Shown here piece by piece: positions 1 to 7,722 of a DNA stretch of 56,284 nucleotides. Source of the stretch: an uncultured Bacilli bacterium (lineage in GTDB: Bacteria; Bacillota_I; Bacilli_A; RFN20; CAG-288). The position numbers and the translations under genes were made by a program. Numbering within the stretch: the stretch's first letter is position 1; the number at the start of each line of letters is the position of its first letter. The stretch is from assembly GCA_944372245.1 (NCBI GenBank), contig CALVYN010000003.1:1-56284 (forward strand), in the 5' to 3' direction. The notes below the pieces were generated by a model, which was not told the DNA's origin, ran no database searches, and was given only the letters and a program-made list of their open reading frames with translations.

Positions 1-88
1 AGTCGAAAAAAAACGAACAATATTGGCCTATTTCACCCGAAAAAGTGGACCCTGTTGGCCCCCATCAAGGCCCACCATTGAGAGAAAT

Positions 89-113
89 GTGCCGATAGAA
101 TCGGCACTTTTTT
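89..113 (+). terminator. Rho-independent terminator of a gene lying upstream of the window
   Basis: GTGCCGAT-aga-ATCGGCAC 8-bp stem followed by TTTTTT. Confidence 0.6.
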
Positions 114-119
114 ATTGCC

Positions 120-155
120 TGGGTCCCAACTGGGTCCAAAAGTGGGTCCAATTTT
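120..155. repeat. Three phased direct repeats TGGGTCC(C)AA at 120, 131 and 143
   Basis: tgggtcccaac / tgggtccaaaag / tgggtccaatttt read directly. Spacing is 11-12 bp. An inverted copy (tggaccc) lies at about 44-52. Confidence 0.6.
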
Positions 156-218
156 CCGCTTGCGTGCAAAACTTTTAATGAGCTGGGCCGATAGCGGGTA
201 TTACTTTTTCCTCGTCTA

Positions 219-227
219 TGGTAGAAT
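219..227 (+). promoter_or_regulatory. Extended -10 promoter (TGgTAGAAT) for tRNA-Val
   Basis: TG at 219-220 and TAGAAT at 222-227. The tRNA 5' end is 12 nt downstream. No good -35. Confidence 0.5.
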
Positions 228-238
228 TACCGAGCTTT

Positions 239-314
239 GGGAGTTTAGCTCAGCTGGGAGAGCGCATCCTTCACACGGATGAGGTCATTGGTTCGAACCC
301 AATAACCCCCACCA
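239..314 (+). tRNA. tRNA-Val (anticodon CAC), CCA encoded
   Basis: Cloverleaf read by hand: acceptor GGGAGTT/AACCCCC (one A-C mismatch), D arm GCTC-AGCTGGGA-GAGC, anticodon arm CATCC-TTCACAC-GGATG, T arm ATTGG-TTCGAAC-CCAAT, then ACCA. It overlaps spurious ORF 218..421. Confidence 0.95.
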
Positions 315-328
315 TCTTAGAGAAAGCA

Positions 329-362
329 GTCTGTTCGCTCGTGTGGGCGGGCAGACTTTTTT
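329..362 (+). terminator. Rho-independent terminator after tRNA-Val
   Basis: GTCTGTTCGC / GCGGGCAGAC 10-bp stem (2 G-U pairs), 8-nt loop, TTTTTT. Confidence 0.75.
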
Positions 363-447
363 GCCTTCGATACTTTTGTGTGGAGGGTAGAAACCCCCTT
401 GTCGATTGCTTAAACTCTTAAGTAGAAAGATTGGATCAGGAGGTCAT

Positions 448-2394
448 ATGATCGAGAAAGTCAGGTTCGGTGAACCATATGAGTTCGGTGCGGTGCGCAG
501 CGTGGTCCTCGAGGGTGTCCCCCTCAGGGAGTTCGCATCGGAGAAGCAGGGCGAGGACCTCGTCTTCACCCTCCAGCTCTCCCCCGAGGAGATCGTCTAT
601 GGCCTAGGCGAGACCATGAGGGGCATCGACAAGCGTGGTGGCCGGTATGTGATGTACAACACGGACAACAACACCCACACCGACGACATGCCCTCGATGT
701 ATGCGGCCCACAACTTCATCGTCCTCGACTCTTCCACCCGCCACATCGGCTTCTTCTTCGACACCCCGAGCAGGATCACCTTCGATGTCGACTCCCAGCA
801 TGACGGGAGGCTGACCATCACCGTCACCGGCGGCCAGGTGAACGTCTACCAGATCCCCGGCGCGGACTCCTATGGAATCGTCAGGGAGTTCCTCAAAGCC
901 ATCGGGCCCTCCTACATCCCGCCCCTGTGGGCGTTTGGCTACGGCCAGTCGCGCTTCGGCTACAAGAACGCCGATGACGTGACCGAGGTGGTGCGCAGGC
1001 ACCACGATGCGGGCGTGCCCCTGGACTATGTGAGCCTGGATATCGACTACATGCAGGACTGCGCCGACTTCACCGTCAATGCGGTCCGCTTCCCTCACAT
1101 GGCCGACTTCCTGGCTGACCTGAAGACCGAGGGTGTGCGCATGTGCCCCATCATCGACGCGGGCATCAAGGTCGACGAGAACGACGCCAGATTCGTCGCC
1201 GCGCGCGACCAGGGCCTCTTCTGCACCGATGCCGAGGGCAAGCCCCTGGACGTGGCTGTCTGGCCTGGCTGGACCCATCTGCCCGACTTCTTCCAACCTG
1301 CGGCTCGGACCTGGTTCGGCGAGGGCTACAAGGCCCTGACCGACCTGGGCCTGGAGGGCTTTTGGAACGATATGAACGAGCCCTCCATCTTCTTCACCAG
1401 GGCCAGTCAGGGCGCCCGCTCGATGGACATCGCCCAGGACGCCTCCGCCGAGGATGGCCAGGATGCCACCGACGACTATCACCGCCTGTACCACAGCATC
1501 GACGGCAGGAGAGTCTGCAACGTTGACGTGCACAACGCCTACGGCTCCCTGATGGTCCAGGCCAGCGCCGAGGGCCTGGACCGCCTCCTCGACCACCGCT
1601 ACATGCTCTTCGCCCGCTCCTCCTGCATCGGCGGTGGCCGCTACGGCGGCATCTGGACGGGCGACAACGCCTCCACCTGGCACATGCTCCAGACCGGCTT
1701 CAGGATGATGCCCAACATCAACATGTGCGGCTTCCTCTTCACCGGCACCGACACCGGCGGCTTCATGCAGGACTGCAAGGACCGCGAGCTGCTGGCTCGC
1801 TGGCTGGCCTTCTCCGCCTTCACCCCGATCATGCGCAACCACAGCTGCAAGGGCACCAGGCACCAGGAGTTCTATCGCTTCCAGGGTGCGGGCACCTTCC
1901 GCAGGCTGATCAGCTTCCGCTACCGGATTCTGCCCTACATCTATTCCGAGTACGTCAAGGCGGCGCTGAATAACGATATGGATATCGCCCCTCTGGCCTT
2001 CCACTTCCCCGACGATCCGACCTGCCGTGGCATCGAGGACCAGGTTATGGTCGGCCAGGACGTGATGTTCGCCCCCATCCTCAAGCCTCACTGCCACTCC
2101 CGCATGGTCTATCTGCCCGAGGATATGACCGAGGTCGAGTTCGATGGCGAGGACTTCATCCAGACCCCGCTGAAGGCAGGCTGGCACCGCGTTCGCATCT
2201 GTGTCTCCCACGTGGTCTTCTTTATCCGTTCGGGCCACGCCATCCCCGTGGCTAGGCGCCTAGCTCTGACCACCGATGACCTCGATCTGGAGGATGTGGA
2301 GCTCATCGGCGACGGCGCGGGATACGACCAGTATCTGGACGATGGACTGACCCGCAACATCTCCATGGAGAATGTGCGCCACCTGTCCCGCTAG
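448..2394 (+). CDS. Glycoside hydrolase family 31 alpha-glucosidase/alpha-xylosidase
   Basis: GH31 signature GFWNDMNEP and GIWTGDN in the translation. ATG at 448 is preceded by AGGAGG (438-443). The ORF-track start at 406 lacks an SD. Confidence 0.9.
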   Translation: MIEKVRFGEPYEFGAVRSVVLEGVPLREFASEKQGEDLVFTLQLSPEEIVYGLGETMRGIDKRGGRYVMYNTDNNTHTDDMPSMYAAHNFIVLDSSTRHIGFFFDTPSRITFDVDSQHDGRLTITVTGGQVNVYQIPGADSYGIVREFLKAIGPSYIPPLWAFGYGQSRFGYKNADDVTEVVRRHHDAGVPLDYVSLDIDYMQDCADFTVNAVRFPHMADFLADLKTEGVRMCPIIDAGIKVDENDARFVAARDQGLFCTDAEGKPLDVAVWPGWTHLPDFFQPAARTWFGEGYKALTDLGLEGFWNDMNEPSIFFTRASQGARSMDIAQDASAEDGQDATDDYHRLYHSIDGRRVCNVDVHNAYGSLMVQASAEGLDRLLDHRYMLFARSSCIGGGRYGGIWTGDNASTWHMLQTGFRMMPNINMCGFLFTGTDTGGFMQDCKDRELLARWLAFSAFTPIMRNHSCKGTRHQEFYRFQGAGTFRRLISFRYRILPYIYSEYVKAALNNDMDIAPLAFHFPDDPTCRGIEDQVMVGQDVMFAPILKPHCHSRMVYLPEDMTEVEFDGEDFIQTPLKAGWHRVRICVSHVVFFIRSGHAIPVARRLALTTDDLDLEDVELIGDGAGYDQYLDDGLTRNISMENVRHLSR

Positions 2395-2395
2395 G

Positions 2396-2424
2396 TTGAA
2401 AAACCGGAACGATTAGGGGAAAAT
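2396..2424 (+). promoter_or_regulatory. Candidate promoter for tRNA-Thr (TTGAAA-17-GAAAAT)
   Basis: TTGAAA at 2396-2401, 17-nt spacer, GAAAAT at 2419-2424. The tRNA starts 10 nt downstream. Confidence 0.35.
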
Positions 2425-2433
2425 CTTGGGGCT

Positions 2434-2510
2434 GCCGACATAGCTCTTAACGGTAGAGCAACTGCCTTGTAAACAGTGGGTTGCTGGTTCGAGTCCGGCT
2501 GTCGGCACCA
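2434..2510 (+). tRNA. tRNA-Thr (anticodon TGT), CCA encoded
   Basis: Acceptor GCCGACA/TGTCGGC, D arm GCTC..GAGC, anticodon loop CTTGTAA, T arm GCTGG-TTCGAGT-CCGGC. Closely resembles Bacillus tRNA-Thr-UGU. Confidence 0.93.
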
Positions 2511-2521
2511 TCGAGATTCGA

Positions 2522-2547
2522 GGGTATCCCGCAGGGATACCCTTTTC
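2522..2547 (+). terminator. Rho-independent terminator after tRNA-Thr
   Basis: GGGTATCCC-gca-GGGATACCC perfect 9-bp stem followed by TTTT. Confidence 0.8.
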
Positions 2548-2701
2548 TAATAGCTCTTAGTGGGAACGGACTAGATGACTTATTAGTGTAAAGATTTTAC
2601 ATGGCCCAGCAGACTGAACCTAGGTGTAAAAAGTCTTTATCTATCGGCATAAATGAGAGATTTAAAAACTTTATAGCGCTATCAACAAGTATACATATTT
2701 A

Positions 2702-2728
2702 TTGTAAATCCCACTTTATGCTTATAAT
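2702..2728 (+). promoter_or_regulatory. Candidate adhE promoter (TTGTAA ... TATAAT)
   Basis: TATAAT at 2723-2728 and TTGTAA at 2702-2707 (15-nt spacer, suboptimal), inside a 220-bp AT-rich intergenic region. Confidence 0.4.
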
Positions 2729-2767
2729 TCAAACGTTTAAGGACACAAGTCCAGGAGGTATTTAGAA

Positions 2768-5365
2768 ATGGCTGAAATTCGCATCCCCAGCTCGACCGCC
2801 AAGGTCAAGGATGTCGAGGAGCTCAAGGCTCTCATCGCCAAGGTGAAGGAGGCGCAGCTCGCCTTCGCCCAGCTCGATCAAGCCGCTGTCGATACCATCT
2901 TCAAAGCTGCCGCTCTGGCCGCCGACCAGGCGGCTGAGACCCTGGCCAAGGAAGCGGTCAGCGAGACCGGCATGGGCAACCTGGAGGACAGGATCACCAA
3001 GAACCGCGAGGCGGCCGAGGTCATCTACTCCCGCTACCGCGAGACGCCCACCGCCGGCATCATCGAGCGTGGCGAGGGTTACATGAAGGTCGCCGAGCCT
3101 CTCGGTGTCCTCGCGGCTGTCGTCCCCTGCACCAACCCCACCGCCACGGCCATCTTCAAGAGCCTCCTGGCCCTCAAGACCCGCAACGGCCTGGTCTTCT
3201 CGCCCCACCCCCGGGCCAAGAAGTGCACCGCCCACGCGGTGGATATCGTCTATAGGGCTGCGGTCAAGGCCGGCGCCCCCAAGGGCATCCTGGCCTGCCT
3301 GGAGGAGCCCAGCGTCGAGACCTCCAGCGCGCTGATGAAGCTCTGCGACTGCACCCTGGCCACCGGCGGCCCCGGCATGGTCCAGTCCGCCTATTCCTCC
3401 GGCAAGCCCGCCCTCGGCGTCGGCCCCGGCAACGTCGCCGTGGTCGTGGATGCCTCGGCCGATCTGAATCTGGCCGCCTCATGCATCACCCACTCCAAGA
3501 CCTTCGATAACGGCGTCATCTGCGCCTCCGAGCAGAACTGCATCTTCGTTGGTAACGATGCCGATTACGCTCGCTTCGTCGAGTCCCTCACCCGCTTTGG
3601 CGCCTACTTCGTCAAGGCCGAGGAGATGGACAAGTTCCGCGCGGTCCTGATGCGCCGCTCGCCCAAGGACCCCTCGATCATGTCGGCCAATCCCGCCATC
3701 GTGGGCAAGTCCGCCGCCGAGATCGGCAAGCTGGCTGGCGTCGAGGTGCCCGCCGGCACCAGGATCCTGGTCGGTGAGCTCGCCAGCTACGATCCTAACG
3801 AGCCCTGGGCCCACGAGAAGCTGAGCCCCACTCTGTCCCTTATCAAGGTTTCCAACTTCGACGAAGGTCTCAAGGTCGCTGAGGAAATCATCGCTCACGG
3901 CGGCCACGGCCACACCGCCGCCCTCCACATCAACCCCCTCCGCACCAAGCAGATCGAGCGCTTCGCTCTGACTCTGGAGACCTGCCGCATCCTGATCAAC
4001 ACTCCCACCTCCCAGGGTGCGATCGGCGGCATCTACAACGATCCTGACGTCCTCCGTCCCTCGCTGACTCTCGGCTGCGGCTCCTGGGGTGGCAACTCCA
4101 CCTGGGAGAACATCGGCGTGGACAACCTGCTCAACATCAAGACCGTGACCATCGCCGATGAGAAGCTGTCCGACGAGTGCCTGCTGGGGCCCAAGATCCT
4201 CAGGACCGGCAAGGGCATCTTCAAGACCTCGCTCGACTGGCTCCTGCCTGCCGGCGCGGCTCACCACGTCGGTCTCATCGCCTCCCGCGAGAGCGAGAAG
4301 GCGGTCGAGAAGGTCATCTCCCGCCTGCCCAAGAAGCTGCGCAAGAGCGTGGTGCAGGCGACGGTCGAGGCCGTCGACCGCGCCCACGCCGCCACCACCG
4401 CCAGGCTGTTCAAGCGCAGCCGGGTCGATCTGATCATCGCCGTCGGTGGCGACGACGCCTTCAGCCAGGCCAAGGCCGTCCGCCTGCTGATGAATAACCC
4501 CAGCCTCGACTTCACCGCGCACGCCAGCGTCTTCCTCGCCCAGCAGAACCGCATCGCCCGCTTCGCTGACGAGGTCAACGTCGAGCGCCTCCCCGCCCTG
4601 GTGACCGTGGCCACCACCGCCTGGGCCCGCCTGGGAGTCTCCCAGACCATGTACCTGGACGAGAAGGAGGGCCGGCTGACCATCTGGGATGAGCTGCTCC
4701 TCCCCGAGGCGGCCCTGATCGACATCGACCTGCTGAACGACTCCAAGATCACCCGCTACACCTCGGCTTATGCGGCCGTGAGCCGCCTGATCTCCGCTGC
4801 CTGCTCCACCGCCTGCACCGAGCAGGTCATGGAGCAGGCCCTCAAGGGCATCAAGGCGGCCGAGAAGATCTTCGCTAAGAAGTCCACGCGCGAGCGCGAG
4901 ATGGTGCTGGGTCTGACTTCGGCCCTGGCCATCTCCAACGCCTACGGCGGCATCGTCGACGCCCTGGCCGAGGGTCTCCACCACGCCTTCCAGGCGCCTG
5001 TCGACCTGGCCGCCTGCGCCCTGCTTCCCGCCTGCCTGGCTCAGGCTCTCAACCCCGCGCCCTCGCGCATGGGCATCGCTGCGGGCTACCTCCAGCCCCA
5101 GGGCCAGGCCCGCATCCGCCAGCTGGCCGCCCGCATCGGCTTCAAGGGTCCCGACAGCGTGAGCCAGTTCGTCGACCACATCGCCAGCGTCCGCGTCGAC
5201 CGTCACCTGCCCACCCAGATGGCGGACCTCGGCATCGATCCGACCAACTTCAAGCGCGGCGTGGACAAGGCTGTGGCCTTCGCCTTCAAGCAGCAGAGCA
5301 TGGTCAGCGCCCCCGTCGCGGCCCGGCCCGAGCGCGTCAAGGAGCTTCTCACCAGCCTTATGTAA
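2768..5365 (+). CDS. adhE: Bifunctional aldehyde/alcohol dehydrogenase AdhE-type protein. The ALDH domain is intact and the C-terminal Fe-ADH-like domain is divergent
   Basis: 865 aa. N-terminal ALDH motifs are present (VVPCTNPTATAIFKSLLALKTRNGLVFSPHPRAKK, FDNGVICASEQ). The C-terminal half aligns with the Fe-ADH fold but shows altered motifs. AGGAGG at 2753-2758. Confidence 0.9.
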   Translation: MAEIRIPSSTAKVKDVEELKALIAKVKEAQLAFAQLDQAAVDTIFKAAALAADQAAETLAKEAVSETGMGNLEDRITKNREAAEVIYSRYRETPTAGIIERGEGYMKVAEPLGVLAAVVPCTNPTATAIFKSLLALKTRNGLVFSPHPRAKKCTAHAVDIVYRAAVKAGAPKGILACLEEPSVETSSALMKLCDCTLATGGPGMVQSAYSSGKPALGVGPGNVAVVVDASADLNLAASCITHSKTFDNGVICASEQNCIFVGNDADYARFVESLTRFGAYFVKAEEMDKFRAVLMRRSPKDPSIMSANPAIVGKSAAEIGKLAGVEVPAGTRILVGELASYDPNEPWAHEKLSPTLSLIKVSNFDEGLKVAEEIIAHGGHGHTAALHINPLRTKQIERFALTLETCRILINTPTSQGAIGGIYNDPDVLRPSLTLGCGSWGGNSTWENIGVDNLLNIKTVTIADEKLSDECLLGPKILRTGKGIFKTSLDWLLPAGAAHHVGLIASRESEKAVEKVISRLPKKLRKSVVQATVEAVDRAHAATTARLFKRSRVDLIIAVGGDDAFSQAKAVRLLMNNPSLDFTAHASVFLAQQNRIARFADEVNVERLPALVTVATTAWARLGVSQTMYLDEKEGRLTIWDELLLPEAALIDIDLLNDSKITRYTSAYAAVSRLISAACSTACTEQVMEQALKGIKAAEKIFAKKSTREREMVLGLTSALAISNAYGGIVDALAEGLHHAFQAPVDLAACALLPACLAQALNPAPSRMGIAAGYLQPQGQARIRQLAARIGFKGPDSVSQFVDHIASVRVDRHLPTQMADLGIDPTNFKRGVDKAVAFAFKQQSMVSAPVAARPERVKELLTSLM

Positions 5366-5393
5366 GGTTGGATAGGTTAAAAAATGTGCTTTC

Positions 5394-5430
5394 GGTCGTA
5401 TCATCTTGGAAAGGATGATACGACCTTTTT
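5394..5430 (+). terminator. Rho-independent terminator after adhE
   Basis: GGTCGTATCATC / GATGATACGACC 12-bp stem, 8-nt loop, TTTTT. Confidence 0.8.
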
Positions 5431-5457
5431 CGTATCGATATCCCGGAGGTGCTATCC

Positions 5458-6249
5458 ATGGAGGAGAGGGAACTCGGAACGCTGCTGTGCACGCGGCGCA
5501 ACAAGCGCATCTACGTCAGGGGCGAGACGCTGACCAAGCTCTACGACCACGCGCTGATGCCCAAGCCCAAGGTCATCAAGGAGGCCTGGGTCCAGTCGGT
5601 GGTCGAGACCACCGGTCTCAACGTGCCCAAGGTGCGGCTGATCTATCCCGTCGGCGAGGACTGGGCGGTCGACTTCGACTACATCGCGGGCGAGAGCCTG
5701 CTCGACCGGCTGCAGGCTCACCCCGAAAGGACGAAGGAGTACATCGACCAGCTGATCGCCCTGCAGCTGAAGGTCCACGAGGCTAGCTGCGTCGGCCTGC
5801 CCGACATGAAGGAGAAGTTCAACAAGAAGATCTCCGCCCTCGGCCGCGTCTCCGACCCGGCCAAGCACATCGAGGCGACCCTGCGCTACGAGCTGCACGT
5901 GGCCCTGGACAAGATGCCCGCCCACCGCAAGCTCTGCCACGGCGACTTCCTTCCCGACAACATCCTCTTCGACGCCCAGGGTGAACCCCACATCTTCGAC
6001 TGGGCTCACGCCAGCCTCGGCAACGGCTCGGCCGATGCGGCTCACACCTACCTCCAGCTGATCATCGAGGGCCACAAGGACTGGGCGGAGATGTATCTGC
6101 CCGCCTATGCCGCGGCAGCCGGAGTCGAGGTGTCCTACATCCGCTCCTGGTTCCCCATGGTGGCGGCCACCATGCTGGACAAGACCGACGACGTGGCGGT
6201 CATCGACCATCTCAAGGAGCTGATCCAGTCGATCGAGGCTGAGCAGTAG
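5458..6249 (+). CDS. Phosphotransferase (APH/choline-kinase-like) family protein
   Basis: Catalytic-loop motif LCHGDFLPDNILF and IFDWAHA. ATG at 5458 lies 8 nt after GGAGG (5445-5449). The track start at 5449 is GTG without an SD. Confidence 0.8.
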   Translation: MEERELGTLLCTRRNKRIYVRGETLTKLYDHALMPKPKVIKEAWVQSVVETTGLNVPKVRLIYPVGEDWAVDFDYIAGESLLDRLQAHPERTKEYIDQLIALQLKVHEASCVGLPDMKEKFNKKISALGRVSDPAKHIEATLRYELHVALDKMPAHRKLCHGDFLPDNILFDAQGEPHIFDWAHASLGNGSADAAHTYLQLIIEGHKDWAEMYLPAYAAAAGVEVSYIRSWFPMVAATMLDKTDDVAVIDHLKELIQSIEAEQ

Positions 6250-6260
6250 AAAAATAGTGG

Positions 6261-6306
6261 GAGGCAAAAAGCGACCCATATTCTGGGCCGCGGATTGCCT
6301 CTTTTT
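6261..6306. terminator. Two-tier hairpin between convergent genes, likely a bidirectional terminator
   Basis: GAGGCAA/TTGCCTC outer stem, GCGACCCA/TGGGCCGC inner stem, A-run upstream and TTTTT downstream. Confidence 0.55.
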
Positions 6307-6320
6307 ATTATCTTCGAATT

Positions 6321-6935
6321 CTACTTGGCTTTATCCATGATGGCGAGAGCGGCCGCGTGGTCGCGGGCGGAGATCTCGTCCAGCTTGGCGATGTCCTGGC
6401 GGTCCATCTCGTAGACGGCGAGGATGTTGCGCAGCAGGCCGTTGTAGTCGAGGCCGTAGCCGATGAGGAACTTGTCCTCGTCGTAGGTCATGCCGCTGAA
6501 GTCGACGGGGACGTCATACTTGCGGTTCCTGGTCTTGTTCACCAAAAAGACGGTGGTGACGGAGTGAACCCGCTTCTCCTCCTTGAGGTACTTAATCAGC
6601 TCGTAGGTGGTCAATCCGGTCTCGACCACGTCATCGACCAGGATGATGTCCTTGCCGGCCACATCCTCGGTCAGGGGCAGGTTGATCTGGAGATGGCCGG
6701 TGGAGGCGGTGCCCTTGTAGGAGGAGACATCCATCAGCTCGATGTCGACGATGGTGTGCATCTTGCGGACGATATCGAACATGAAGGGGGCCGCGCCCTT
6801 GAGGACGCCGACGACCACGGGCAGGGTGGGCGAGGCGCCGAAGCGCTCGTCCAGGCTCTGGGCAATCTGATCGGTGATGCTCTCGATCTCATGATGGCTG
6901 ATCAGCTTCTTGCCGACGAGGATCTCCTTGTTCAT
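6321..6935 (-). CDS. hpt: Hypoxanthine phosphoribosyltransferase
   Basis: PRPP-binding motif ILVDDVVETGLT. ATG at 6935 is preceded by AAGGAGG. The longer track ORF (to 7019) has no SD. Confidence 0.9.
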   Translation of the reverse strand: MNKEILVGKKLISHHEIESITDQIAQSLDERFGASPTLPVVVGVLKGAAPFMFDIVRKMHTIVDIELMDVSSYKGTASTGHLQINLPLTEDVAGKDIILVDDVVETGLTTYELIKYLKEEKRVHSVTTVFLVNKTRNRKYDVPVDFSGMTYDEDKFLIGYGLDYNGLLRNILAVYEMDRQDIAKLDEISARDHAAALAIMDKAK

Positions 6936-7061
6936 GCTCTCTACCTCCTTAGATTTTGATAGAGATTTTACTCTCACCTGACAGATCGGTTCCGTCCCCC
7001 ATCGCGTAAGCGTATCCAATAGAGGGTTGATAACTGCCGGCTATAATCGGGTAGCTAAGGC

Positions 7062-7091
7062 AAAAATAAAACCGGGATACTGGGATCCCGG
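7062..7091 (-). terminator. Rho-independent terminator after tRNA-Leu (minus strand)
   Basis: CCGGGAT-actggg-ATCCCGG stem, followed on the minus strand by TTTTATTTTT. Confidence 0.7.
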
Positions 7092-7103
7092 GACATAATC
7101 GAG

Positions 7104-7188
7104 TGGTGCCTCCGGTCGGACTCGAACCGACAAGGGTCTCCCCGCACGATTTTGAGTCGCGTCTGTTTACCGATTTCAGCACGGAGGC
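7104..7188 (-). tRNA. tRNA-Leu (anticodon CAA), class II with long variable arm, CCA encoded
   Basis: The reverse complement reads GCCTCCG..CGCGA-CTCAAAA-TCGTG..variable arm..GTCGG-TTCGAGT-CCGAC-CGGAGGC-ACCA. It overlaps spurious ORF 6949..7182. Confidence 0.93.
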
Positions 7189-7198
7189 AAGCCTTGAT

Positions 7199-7207
7199 AA
7201 TCTATCA
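7199..7207 (-). promoter_or_regulatory. Extended -10 promoter (TGaTAGATT) for tRNA-Leu
   Basis: The minus strand reads tatGATAGATT. The -10 ends 11 nt before the mature tRNA 5' end. Confidence 0.45.
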
Positions 7208-7290
7208 TACTTTAACCTCCGTCGTTCGGGTTTCTAACTCATGGGGGTCTAATATTAAAATAATAGGTTGGTAATGAGGAGGTATCGCAC

Positions 7291-7701
7291 ATGGCAGAGA
7301 GATCTCGAGTCAAGCGCTATGAGAGCCTGCGACGGAAGATTGAGAACCAGTCGTACTTCTCCCTGGAGCAGAAGACGAATGGAGAGGTGCCCGAGTCCGC
7401 TCCCGACCCGGATCCCCTCAAGGCTCCCAAGCCCGCCCACGAGGGCGCGGTCAGGCACAATACGATGACGATACCCATCAGCGAGTTCATCGCTGAGAAC
7501 GACCGGCGGGATGGCAACCCCGTCCAGACGACCCAGGAGTACAAGCGCCTCGATGAGACCAAGCCCAGCCGCATCAAGCGGCGGGCGATGCGGCGGCACA
7601 TCGAGCTGCCGGCTCACTGGTGGGTCTGGCTCCTGGCCGGCTTGGGCTGTGCGGCGGTGGCCGCGGCGATCATCGCCGTGGCGATCGTCCTGGCCCCCTG
7701 A
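7291..7701 (+). CDS. Hypothetical tail-anchored membrane protein
   Basis: 136 aa, GAGGAGG SD 8 nt upstream. Charged, Pro-rich N-terminal region and a single C-terminal TM helix WWVWLLAGLGCAAVAAAIIAVAIVLAP. No recognisable family. Confidence 0.65.
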   Translation: MAERSRVKRYESLRRKIENQSYFSLEQKTNGEVPESAPDPDPLKAPKPAHEGAVRHNTMTIPISEFIAENDRRDGNPVQTTQEYKRLDETKPSRIKRRAMRRHIELPAHWWVWLLAGLGCAAVAAAIIAVAIVLAP

Positions 7702-7722
7702 TCATCAACAAGGAGGAACACT

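Noticed and set aside
218-421. ORF 218..421(+) and ORF 6949..7182(-)
   Set aside because: They overlap tRNA-Val and tRNA-Leu plus their terminators. They have no SD and no protein-like features.
604-2238. Very long antisense or alternative-frame ORFs throughout the track. Examples are 604..2238(-), 3479..5404(-), 8822..9616(-), 20418..22040(-), 23519..24481(-), 37075..38901(-), 43159..44484(+), 48727..49662(+) and 51713..52432(+).
   Set aside because: Each lies opposite to, or out of frame with, a gene that has clear family motifs and an SD. Their translations are Gly/Ala/Arg/Asp/Val-rich low-complexity sequences typical of stop-poor frames in high-GC DNA.
6936-7061. Purine or PRPP riboswitch in the ~125-nt hpt leader, and ZTP/THF riboswitches upstream of glyA and fhs
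   Set aside because: The conserved cores (for example TTTCTACC..CCGTAAAT for purine, CCGCCTGGGC for ZTP) are absent by eye. fhs has no leader at all, since it overlaps the preceding ORF.
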